A stretch of 64,000 nt of DNA from Bacteroidota bacterium (GTDB lineage: Bacteria; Bacteroidota; Ignavibacteria; UBA10030): the NCBI GenBank assembly GCA_050013655.1, contig JBEKEV010000002.1, positions 13,091 through 77,090 on the forward strand, in the 5' to 3' direction. Under the pieces are notes generated by a model. It was not told the origin of the DNA and did no database searches. It worked only from the letters and a program-made list of their open reading frames with translations. The translations under genes were made by a program, and so were the position numbers. How positions within the stretch are numbered: position 1 is the first letter of the stretch; each line of letters starts with the position of its first letter. Below, in pieces: positions 29,543 through 37,740 of this stretch.

Positions 29543-29592
29543 AATCCTTCGGAAGGTTCTATCGTTTAAGCAGAGCAACCTTCCGAAGGTTA
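29543..29592. promoter_or_regulatory. inverted pair of the AACCTT-NNN-AAGGATT units, 20 nt upstream of the RM gene
   Basis: aatccttcggaaggtt (29543-29558, reverse orientation), an 18-nt spacer, then aaccttccgaaggtta (29577-29592). The pair can form a 13-bp stem or act as a paired operator. Confidence 0.3.
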
Positions 29593-29611
29593 CTTTGAAT
29601 AAGGAATCCTG

Positions 29612-32600
29612 ATGGAACACGCATTCGCATTGATCAAGCAGCTTGTAGCAGACTTCAAAGCTCAGGAAGCGGCATACCTCTCATCATCATATCAGGAACA
29701 ACATGTTCGTGAAGACTTCATCAATAAATTCTTTATTGCGCTTGGCTGGGACGTTACGCATGAAAGGCAGAAGAATCCGTATGAGCAGGAAGTTAAAATA
29801 GAAAATAAAGTATCAACGCAAGGCTCACAGCGACGTGCGGACTATGCATTCTTCATTGCTCCCAATTTCCGCGATGTAAAGTTTTATGCTGAAGCAAAGA
29901 AGCCTGCCAAGAATCTGAAAGACGCCGCATTCTATCACCAGACAATCCGTTACGGATGGAACTCCGGTACTCCTATAGCAATACTCACCGATTTTGAAGA
30001 ATTTCATATCCTCGATTGTCGGTACAAACCCGATATTGAGGATGCACTGAATCGCAAGCTGGAATATTTTCATTATTCCGAATATGCAGACGAAGAGAAG
30101 TTTAAGAAAATTTTCTTTCTCTTTGGCCGTGAAACTGTTGCCAATGGTTCTTTAGAGAAATATGCCGCAATGCTTCCGAAGCCGCGCGGAAAAGCGAAAC
30201 AACGCGGATTGTTCAAAGGCGGATACCAACCGGTTGACGAAGCATTTCTTGAAGAATTAGATTCGTACCGCGAAACGCTCGCCAAAGCGTTCAAGAAAGA
30301 GAATCCCGACCTTGGAAGTGAAGAACTGACAGAAGCTGTGCAGAGAACAATTGACCGGCTTGTGTTTATACGTTTTCTGGAAGACAAGCAGATTGAAGAC
30401 CCTCAAATGATCAATTACAGCGAGGCGAGTTCTGCATGGAAAAAGTTTTCAACACATTGCCGCGCATTGGAGCCGAAGTATAACGGACTCGTATTCAAGA
30501 AGCATCGCATTCTGGATGACAGCGGATTTGTTCCACCGGATGATAAGACATTTGCAGGTATTTGCGAAGAACTTGCCGACCCGTCATCACCGTACGACTT
30601 CGATAAAATACCGATCTCGATTCTTGGAAGTATTTATGAACGCTTTCTTGGCAAAGTAGTTCACGCAACCGCAAAACAAGTAAGGGTTGAACCAAAACCA
30701 GAAGTACGGAAAGCGGGGGGTGTCTATTACACGCCGCAGTATATTGTGCGCTACATTGTAAAAGAAACCGTTGGCAAGTTGTTGTATGCGACCCCTACCG
30801 TCTCGACAAAAAACGTCGAGCCGACTCCCCCTTATCAAGGGGGAGAAACTCAAGACAAAATTTCCTCACCTCAGCGAGGGGAGGTGTCCCGCAGGGACAG
30901 AGGGGTTGATAATTTCGACTCACTGCAAGGGAAAACGCCGGAAGAAGTTGCGAAGATGTCATTTGCAGATATTGCATGCGGCAGCGGTTCGTTTTTGATT
31001 GAAGTGTACAGCGTATTGTTGGAATACCACGAACGATATTACGCTTCGCACCCGGAAATGGCAAAGAAGGGTGACCTTTCTACGCGGGATGGAAAACAAG
31101 TACTCTCGCTGAGAAAGCGGCAAGAGATTTTAGTGAACAATATTTACGGTGTGGATATTGATTTTCAAGCGACGGAGGTAACACAGCTTTCGTTATATTT
31201 GAAACTGTTGGAAGAAGCAACACTGAACGACGCAGTGCAATTTTCATTGCTGAAAGAGAAACTGCTCCCCGACTTGAGAAACAATATTATATGCGGGAAC
31301 TCGCTGATTGGAATAGACATAAACACAGGAGAGTTGTTCGAGAACGAGGAATTGAAAAAACTAAAACCGATGAACTTTGAAGATGCATTCCCTGCGGTGA
31401 TGAAAAAAGGGGGATTCGATGCGGTAGTGGGAAATCCACCGTATAGAATAATTGGCAAAGCCGACATTACAAAGCAAACAGCGTCTTATCTAGTAAAGAA
31501 ATTCACAAGCTTTCAATACAAAGCCGATCTTTATCATTTATTTATTGAGAAGGCTCTTGGTTTGTGTCGAACAAACGGATTAATAGGATATATCACACCA
31601 AACACATGGTACACATTACCTTTTACACAAAAGCTTCGACAATACGTCTTAGAGAATTCTCATTTAGTGCTCTTTGTTATTTTCAATCATCAAGTATTTA
31701 AGGAAGCCAACGTAGATACCGTAATAACAATTGCTAAAAAAATCAGTAAACAAAGAACAAGATATGAAAATGAAGTGCTTGTGTTTAATATGCCTAAAGA
31801 ATTTGAAGCAAAACAATTAGAAACAGTAATACCTCAAAGGAAAAAACAAGGTGATTGGATTACAAACGAGACGAATCAGTTCGGAATAAGAACCACAACA
31901 GAAGAACAGAACATCCTAGACAGGATTGAAAAAGTATCTAAACCTCTAACAGATATAGCGAAAGCATCGCTTGGCACACAAGCATACAACAGCAGCAAAC
32001 ATACAAAAGATCAAATCAAGGATAGAGTGTTCCATTCAAAGAAAAAAGTGAGCAAAGATTATTTAAAAGAATTATCAGGCTCTGATATCGGAAGATACAC
32101 ATTGCAATGGGCAAAAAAGGAATGGATCAAATATGGTCCTTGGCTTCATGATTATCGAACGATGGATTGGCTTGAAGGACCTAGGATTCTTATCCGAGAA
32201 ATTACAGGCAAGGGTACCTACAAGATATGCGGGATGTATGTTGAAGAGATTTACTGCAATTATAAAACTATTCTAAATGTGATTTATGGAAATGAACATA
32301 AATATTCAATGAAATATTTCTTGGGATTATTGAATTCGCAATTTCTCTCATGGGTTTATCCAAGAGTCTCAAATAAAACTGTAAAAGATTCGTTCCCGAG
32401 ACTTTCGGTTTCCGATCTCAAAAAACTTCCCATACGCACGATTGATTTTGCAAACGAAGCAGAGAAAGCGAAGCACGACCACATTGTAAGTCTGGTAGAG
32501 CAAATGTTGAAAGCAAAGGAAGAACTTGCGGCGGCAAAGTTAGACTCGGATGTCCAACGGCTTGAGCATCGCTGCGCCACGCTTGACCGCCAAATTGACG

Positions 32601-32665
32601 AAGCGGTATATGAGTTGTACGGGTTGACGGAAGAAGAGATAAAGATTGTGGAGGGGAAATTGTAG
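29612..32665 (+). CDS. Type IIG restriction-modification enzyme (PD-(D/E)xK nuclease, gamma-class N6-adenine methyltransferase and specificity region in one polypeptide)
   Basis: N-terminal HSDR_N-like nuclease motif RRADYAFF...FYAEAKKP. SAM motif I FADIACGSGSFLIE and motif IV VVGNPPYRIIG. C-terminal ...YELYGLTEEEIKIVEG is typical of Eco57I/TaqI-C-type enzymes. Confidence 0.8.
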   Translation: MEHAFALIKQLVADFKAQEAAYLSSSYQEQHVREDFINKFFIALGWDVTHERQKNPYEQEVKIENKVSTQGSQRRADYAFFIAPNFRDVKFYAEAKKPAKNLKDAAFYHQTIRYGWNSGTPIAILTDFEEFHILDCRYKPDIEDALNRKLEYFHYSEYADEEKFKKIFFLFGRETVANGSLEKYAAMLPKPRGKAKQRGLFKGGYQPVDEAFLEELDSYRETLAKAFKKENPDLGSEELTEAVQRTIDRLVFIRFLEDKQIEDPQMINYSEASSAWKKFSTHCRALEPKYNGLVFKKHRILDDSGFVPPDDKTFAGICEELADPSSPYDFDKIPISILGSIYERFLGKVVHATAKQVRVEPKPEVRKAGGVYYTPQYIVRYIVKETVGKLLYATPTVSTKNVEPTPPYQGGETQDKISSPQRGEVSRRDRGVDNFDSLQGKTPEEVAKMSFADIACGSGSFLIEVYSVLLEYHERYYASHPEMAKKGDLSTRDGKQVLSLRKRQEILVNNIYGVDIDFQATEVTQLSLYLKLLEEATLNDAVQFSLLKEKLLPDLRNNIICGNSLIGIDINTGELFENEELKKLKPMNFEDAFPAVMKKGGFDAVVGNPPYRIIGKADITKQTASYLVKKFTSFQYKADLYHLFIEKALGLCRTNGLIGYITPNTWYTLPFTQKLRQYVLENSHLVLFVIFNHQVFKEANVDTVITIAKKISKQRTRYENEVLVFNMPKEFEAKQLETVIPQRKKQGDWITNETNQFGIRTTTEEQNILDRIEKVSKPLTDIAKASLGTQAYNSSKHTKDQIKDRVFHSKKKVSKDYLKELSGSDIGRYTLQWAKKEWIKYGPWLHDYRTMDWLEGPRILIREITGKGTYKICGMYVEEIYCNYKTILNVIYGNEHKYSMKYFLGLLNSQFLSWVYPRVSNKTVKDSFPRLSVSDLKKLPIRTIDFANEAEKAKHDHIVSLVEQMLKAKEELAAAKLDSDVQRLEHRCATLDRQIDEAVYELYGLTEEEIKIVEGKL
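30785..30928 (+). repeat. 144-nt in-frame palindrome-rich insertion inside the methyltransferase domain
   Basis: Stem-loops ctcgac-aaaaaa-gtcgag and tccccct-tatca-agggggag, plus the G/C-rich cctcacctcagcgaggggagg and cccgcagggacagagggg. It translates to the low-complexity YATPTVSTKNVEPTPPYQGGETQDKISSPQRGEVSRRDRGVDNFDSLQ, between KETVGKLL and GKTPEEVAKMSFADIACGSGSF. Confidence 0.55.
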
Positions 32666-32777
32666 CCGCGACCGCTGGTCGCGGTGAAGGAAATACCGAG
32701 GTCAACGACCTCGGCTATAGATGTATACAGGCAAAGAACCGACGTCATCCGCCCAACACGCTGGCGGACAGGGCGAC
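32666..32777. repeat. cluster of three GC-rich REP-like palindromic units
   Basis: ccgcgacc-gct-ggtcgcgg (32666-32684), ccgaggtc-aac-gacctcgg+ctatagatgta (32696-32725), and ccgacgtca+tccgcc-caacacgc-tggcgga+cagggcgac (32739-32777). Confidence 0.7.
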
Positions 32778-32803
32778 TCACTCGTAACAAAGGGATATAA
32801 TCA

Positions 32804-33646
32804 ATGGGAAAAAACAAGTTTCGTTTTTCTCTCTTCATTATCCGCATAGTGCTCATTACTAATCTCGTAATTTTAAGCACAGTTGATTTTTTGTATTCCC
32901 AAGAAAAAGAGGGCGATGATGAGCAAGAACAATTATGGAGTGTATCATCGGGGGCACATTATTATAGCCGATACACACGTTATGGTGCCGACCTAAGTGA
33001 AGATCGACCCGCTTTTTCAATTGAAAGTGAAATCAGCCATGAATGTGGATTGAGCGCCGGTTTTGAAGCCTTTGCCCTGACTGGAACAAATGGTGGATAT
33101 GAACATTCCGCGTTTCATGCAGGTTATGAATATCCTCTTAACACATTCATAAGATTTACAGGTACCTATACATATTATTCTTATAAAACAGACACGATGA
33201 GTGTCCTTGGTGGAATATCAAACGCATTTTTGCTTGGTGGAACGTTTAAGACGGGTGGATTTCTTTTTTCCGCTTCGTACACTGCATTTTTCGGAGGTGG
33301 AACCGCTAATTATGTTACAACGGGTGCTTCAACAAATTATGAAATTGGACAACTAACATTAGAACCCTCGGTTCAACTTTGCTTTGCTTCACAAACGGTA
33401 AATGAAAGTCTTCTTCCAAAGAACCGAGGCAAGGGAAAAGGCAATAAAAATGGGGTCGCTTCTACTCTTACGACAACAATTACCGGAATGAGCAACCTCA
33501 GCATTTGCTTGGCATTCCGCTACCCTCTTGGAAAAGGTTTTGTTATATCAGCCAAGCCGTCATATGTGTACTCGCCGACAGATCTAGCGGTTAGTACGAA
33601 TCAATTTATTTTGACTATCGGATTGGAACATTCGATCGATTTCTAA
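32804..33646 (+). CDS. hypothetical outer-membrane beta-barrel-like protein
   Basis: N-terminal hydrophobic signal, alternating aromatic/Gly-rich beta-strand pattern (YTGTYTYYSY, GGFLFSASYTAFFGG), and C-terminal ...GLEHSIDF ending in Phe. Confidence 0.5.
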   Translation: MGKNKFRFSLFIIRIVLITNLVILSTVDFLYSQEKEGDDEQEQLWSVSSGAHYYSRYTRYGADLSEDRPAFSIESEISHECGLSAGFEAFALTGTNGGYEHSAFHAGYEYPLNTFIRFTGTYTYYSYKTDTMSVLGGISNAFLLGGTFKTGGFLFSASYTAFFGGGTANYVTTGASTNYEIGQLTLEPSVQLCFASQTVNESLLPKNRGKGKGNKNGVASTLTTTITGMSNLSICLAFRYPLGKGFVISAKPSYVYSPTDLAVSTNQFILTIGLEHSIDF

Positions 33647-33714
33647 ATCTTCACAACCTAAGCGAAGGAAAGAATTAGAAAAACTTAGGAATTTGAATAG
33701 AGCAAAGCAGAAAA

Positions 33715-33769
33715 CCGAGGTCATCCGCCATGAAGATTGGCGGACAGGACGACCTTAGCTACAGATGTA
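33715..33769. repeat. composite REP-like unit related to 32696-32777
   Basis: ccgaggtca+tccgcc-atgaagat-tggcgga+caggacgaccttagctacagatgta. This equals the 32696 unit with the 32739-type hairpin nested inside it. Confidence 0.7.
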
Positions 33770-33792
33770 CGTTTCGATCAGAATAAAAAACG

Positions 33793-34338
33793 TTACGGCA
33801 GCAGCACCGCTACCGCAACCACCGACGTCCATAAACCATTCTTATCACCCTCCGCGGATTGCGTAACGTTAAATGTGCGAACGATCTTACCCGACATTTT
33901 AAAGATTTTTTCCCGTTCGTCCCAGTTCGTATTCGGATCGAATTGCACACCGAGTGTCGTTGCAAGCATAGAAGCTGCAAGGTCTTCAGCATACTCACCG
34001 GCACGTTCATCGGTTTCACCGAAAGGATGGTGTTCGGAAAGATACCCATAGACTGAATCGTCGGCTGGCTGCGCAACGCCGATCGACGATGCAATGAGGC
34101 GATTGGGCTCATTGGTTGCGTTTCTAGCCATTACACAAAATGTAATTTGCCCTGCGCTCAATTGTTTAATGCCTTCATCCTTCGGAATGCGCTTGCAGCC
34201 CGGTGGATAAATGCTCGAGACGGTTACAATGTTACATTTTTCGATGCCTGCATCTCTCAAAGCAAGCTCGAATGATTGAAGGTAGTCTTTATGGCGTCCG
34301 ACGCCTTTAGAAAAAAACATTTTTGTGGGAGTAAACAA
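33793..34338 (-). CDS. pdaD: pyruvoyl-dependent arginine decarboxylase
   Basis: [32 protein letters not shown]..., the self-processing site context [11 protein letters not shown], about 180 aa. Confidence 0.85.
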   Translation of the reverse strand: MFTPTKMFFSKGVGRHKDYLQSFELALRDAGIEKCNIVTVSSIYPPGCKRIPKDEGIKQLSAGQITFCVMARNATNEPNRLIASSIGVAQPADDSVYGYLSEHHPFGETDERAGEYAEDLAASMLATTLGVQFDPNTNWDEREKIFKMSGKIVRTFNVTQSAEGDKNGLWTSVVAVAVLLP

Positions 34339-34367
34339 TTTATCGTCTCCGACTTAATGATAATGGA

Positions 34368-35573
34368 TTATCGCTTAACTTTTAAAAATCTTCGTTTACC
34401 AACCTTAAGAATAAATTCACTTTTATCCGGCAGAAGAACATTGGGATCGGAGACACGTTCGCCATCAATGCTCACGCCGCCTTGATCGACTAACCGCCGC
34501 GCTTCACCCTTTGATGCTGCGAGTTTTGCTTCTACTATTAATGCTGTAATTCCAATCCGAGCGCTTACTGTATATATTTCAATATTATCCGGAATACTTT
34601 TCTCTACAAATATTCTATCGAATTCTTCTTCCGCGGCAGTCGCAGCTTCCTGTGAATGATACATCTGTACAAATGTTCGTGCAAGAGTACGCTTAATATC
34701 TCGTGGATTGGTTTTCGGATTGTCCAATGACTTTTTAATTTCCAAAAGTTCTTTCTTTGGAACATCGGTTGCTAATTCGAAATATTGGTAAATTAATTTA
34801 TCGGGAATACTGAGCGTTTTGCCATAGATATCTTTTGGCGTGTCGTTTACGCCGATGTAGTTATCGAGCGATTTACTCATCTTCTCAATCCCGTCGGTAC
34901 CTGCAAGGATAGGCATCATTAATATCACTTGCGGCTCCTGACCGAATTCCCGCTGGATATCCCTTCCTACGAGAAGATTAAACTTCTGGTCTGTCCCGCC
35001 AAGCTCGACATCTGCATGAATAGCAACGGAGTCCATCGCTTGTGCAAGAGGGTAGAGAAATTCATGCACGCTGATCGGTTCGCCGGCTTTGTATCGAATT
35101 GTAAAATCATCCCGCTCCAACATTCGTGCAACCGTATATTTACTTGCAAGCCGGATAACATTGGCAAAGCTCATCTTGTCTAACCACTCGGAATTATACT
35201 GCATTGTTACTCGTTGGGACGAAAGGATCTTCGTTGCTTGTTCGAAGTAGGACTGACCGTTCTGGCGTGTTTCTGCAAGAGTCAGAGAAGGGCGTGTTTT
35301 GCTTTTTCCCGATGGGTCTCCAATCATTCCGGTAAAATCGCCGATGATAAGGATTGCTTGGTGTCCAAGGTCTTGGAATTGCCGAAGTTTGCGAAGGACA
35401 ACAGAATGTCCTAAATGTAAATCAGGACGGCTTGGGTCGCAGCCAAGTTTGATATTGAGCGGCTTCTTTGTTTTAATAGAATGTTCAAGCTTCTTGACGA
35501 GATCTTCTTCCGGGATAATTTCAAAGACCCCGCGCTTGATCAGATCCATTTGTTCATTGATGGGGGGGAACAA
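34368..35573 (-). CDS. tyrS: tyrosine--tRNA ligase
   Basis: HIGH-type motif DLHLGHSV, KMSKS, and a C-terminal S4 domain (ARRLVDQGGVSIDGERV). Confidence 0.95.
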   Translation of the reverse strand: MFPPINEQMDLIKRGVFEIIPEEDLVKKLEHSIKTKKPLNIKLGCDPSRPDLHLGHSVVLRKLRQFQDLGHQAILIIGDFTGMIGDPSGKSKTRPSLTLAETRQNGQSYFEQATKILSSQRVTMQYNSEWLDKMSFANVIRLASKYTVARMLERDDFTIRYKAGEPISVHEFLYPLAQAMDSVAIHADVELGGTDQKFNLLVGRDIQREFGQEPQVILMMPILAGTDGIEKMSKSLDNYIGVNDTPKDIYGKTLSIPDKLIYQYFELATDVPKKELLEIKKSLDNPKTNPRDIKRTLARTFVQMYHSQEAATAAEEEFDRIFVEKSIPDNIEIYTVSARIGITALIVEAKLAASKGEARRLVDQGGVSIDGERVSDPNVLLPDKSEFILKVGKRRFLKVKR

Positions 35574-35576
35574 TTC

Positions 35577-36044
35577 TTACGTTCTACTCCTTTTCAGTCG
35601 TGCAATGTTTCGGTCTGATTCGCGCTTTGCAATGGCTTCACGCTTATCATAACTCTTTTTGCCGCGCGCGAGCGCGAGTTCAACTTTTGCGTACGGTCCC
35701 TTGAAATACACAGACAAGGGAACGAGCGTTAATCCTTTTTCCTTCAATCCTCCCAACAGCTTTCGGATTTGCTTTTTTTGCAGCAGCAGTTTCCGTCTTC
35801 GCCGGGGTTCGTGGTTGTAAATACTGCCATGCTCGTACGGGTTGATGTGCATTCCTTCCAACCATACTTCACCGCTTCTCAATTCAGCATAACTGTCCTG
35901 GAGATTTGCATTGCCCTGTCGCAATGACTTCACCTCAGTGCCGGTGAGAACAATGCCGGCTTCAAACGATTCGATGATGAAATAATCGTGCCGTGCCTTG
36001 CGGTTGCTTATTGAGATACGCTGCGGTGCTTCTGCCATCTGCAC
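35577..36044 (-). CDS. smpB: SsrA-binding protein SmpB
   Basis: NRKARHDYFI, LTGTEVKSLR, and a basic C-terminal tail. 155 aa. Confidence 0.95.
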   Translation of the reverse strand: MQMAEAPQRISISNRKARHDYFIIESFEAGIVLTGTEVKSLRQGNANLQDSYAELRSGEVWLEGMHINPYEHGSIYNHEPRRRRKLLLQKKQIRKLLGGLKEKGLTLVPLSVYFKGPYAKVELALARGKKSYDKREAIAKRESDRNIARLKRSRT

Positions 36045-36323
36045 ATTTTTGTTTTTAACATACCTGAAAAGTAAAAAAGAATCAATGAGAATTCTTAATT
36101 TATTCTATGAGAAAAAATTCATCAGAAAAAGCGCTGTAACACCTTTGCAGGACTTTTAGCGTGAAAGGGAAGAGCAATTTATTCATCGAACGGGAACTCG
36201 GATGAGATGTTTCATCGTTTCATAGAGAGTGGGTAGAGCGAAGCATGAATGCTTTGCCTTTCGGAACACTTCTGACTATATTAAGCGCAGAAAAGCGATA
36301 TTTTCTCCAAAAGAAAGAATACT

Positions 36324-37718
36324 ATGGCAGAGCGGCAATACGATGTGACAGTGATCGGCGGTGGTCCGGGCGGGTATGTAGCGGCAATTCGAGCTGCACA
36401 GCTTGGGATGAAAATTGGTTTGGTCGAACGTGATAAACTTGGCGGTGTATGCCTCAATTGGGGATGTGTTCCTTCAAAAGCACTCCTCAAGAGTGCTGAA
36501 TTGTATAATGCTTTTAAGAAATCGCAGGAATTTGGAATTTCTCATACCGGGCTTACGTATGACTTTTCCAAGATAATTATAAGAAGCCGCGGAGTTGCTG
36601 ATCGCATCTCCAAAGGTGTCGAGTATTTAATGAAGAAGAATAAAATTGAGATTATTTCCGGAACGGCAAAACTTATAGATAGAAATTCTATTGAAGTGAC
36701 AAAAGACGGCAAAGTCACAGATACAATCAAATCGAAAAGCATCATTCTCGCCACTGGCGGAAGACCGCGCTCTGTTCCTGGTGTTACTATTGATCAGAAG
36801 AAAATCATCACAAGTACTGAGGCAATGTCGCTGCCGGAACAGCCGAAATCACTGATTGTCATTGGCGGCGGAGCTATTGGAGTTGAGTTTGCGTATTTCT
36901 ACAATTCATTCGGAACCAAAGTAACTATTGTGGAAATGCTGCCATCGATTCTTCCGATCGAGGATAAGGAGATTACAAAAATTCTTGACTCCAGTCTAAA
37001 GAAATCTGGAATTGATATTTTCACGAACACTAAAGTCGAAAGTGTAAAAATCGATCAAGAAGTCACGGTGACGGTTTCTGATAAAGATGGAAAGAAAGAT
37101 ATAAAGGCAGACCTTGCTTTGATGGCAGTTGGTGTTCAGGCGAATATTGAAAATCTCGGACTTGAAGCGGTTGGAGTGAAGACTGAACACGGTTTCATCA
37201 GTGTCAATGAATTTGGGAAAACCAACATCGATGGGATATATGCTATTGGCGATGTATCGGGCCCGCCCTTGTTAGCGCACGTTGCTTCGCACGAAGGAAT
37301 TGTTGCTATCGATCACATAGCAGGAAAAGCGAAACACGGTATCGATAAATTAAATATTCCCAGTTGCACATATTGTCAGCCGCAGGTCGCAAGCGTAGGT
37401 TTAACAGAAGAAGCGGCGGTTGCCAAAGGATACAAAGTCAAGATCGGTCGTTTCCCATTTCGCCCGTTGGGCAAAGCGATGGCAATTGGTGAAACTGAAG
37501 GAACAGTGAAATTAGTCTTTGATGAAAAATACGGCGAATTGCTTGGCGCCCACATCATTGGCTCGGAAGCAACAGAAATGATTGCCGAGCTTGGCATGGC
37601 GAAAGCACTGGAAACGACATGGGAAGAATTGCACAATACTATGCATGCACATCCGACGTTGTCGGAGGCAGTGATGGAAGCCGCTGGTCAGGCGTTCGAT
37701 GTCGCAATTAACATTTAA
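36324..37718 (+). CDS. lpdA: dihydrolipoyl dehydrogenase (E3)
   Basis: GGGPGGY, redox-active GGVCLNWGCVPSK, and HAHPTLSE. Confidence 0.95.
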   Translation: MAERQYDVTVIGGGPGGYVAAIRAAQLGMKIGLVERDKLGGVCLNWGCVPSKALLKSAELYNAFKKSQEFGISHTGLTYDFSKIIIRSRGVADRISKGVEYLMKKNKIEIISGTAKLIDRNSIEVTKDGKVTDTIKSKSIILATGGRPRSVPGVTIDQKKIITSTEAMSLPEQPKSLIVIGGGAIGVEFAYFYNSFGTKVTIVEMLPSILPIEDKEITKILDSSLKKSGIDIFTNTKVESVKIDQEVTVTVSDKDGKKDIKADLALMAVGVQANIENLGLEAVGVKTEHGFISVNEFGKTNIDGIYAIGDVSGPPLLAHVASHEGIVAIDHIAGKAKHGIDKLNIPSCTYCQPQVASVGLTEEAAVAKGYKVKIGRFPFRPLGKAMAIGETEGTVKLVFDEKYGELLGAHIIGSEATEMIAELGMAKALETTWEELHNTMHAHPTLSEAVMEAAGQAFDVAINI

Positions 37719-37740
37719 GGTTTTTGAAAAGAGAAACTGA

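Noticed and set aside
29612-32665. Possibility that the large methyltransferase is BREX PglX or a Type I HsdM/R fusion.
   Set aside because: No pglZ, brxC or brxL, and no hsdS-like genes, flank it. Its own N-terminal PD-(D/E)xK domain and C-terminal specificity region fit a self-contained Type IIG enzyme better.
32356-32880. 174-aa minus-strand ORF spanning the RM gene end, the REP-like hairpins and the start of the beta-barrel gene.
   Set aside because: It crosses palindromic repeats and overlaps two better-supported plus-strand genes. Its Arg/Ser-rich composition is typical of antisense GC-rich repeats.
36045-36323. Looked for tmRNA (ssrA) next to smpB. Also looked for riboswitches upstream of bioY, purS and the DUF362 gene.
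   Set aside because: The smpB-lpd spacer is too short and lacks the tRNA-like acceptor/T-arm ends of tmRNA. I could not recognise any conserved riboswitch core sequence by eye in the other leaders.
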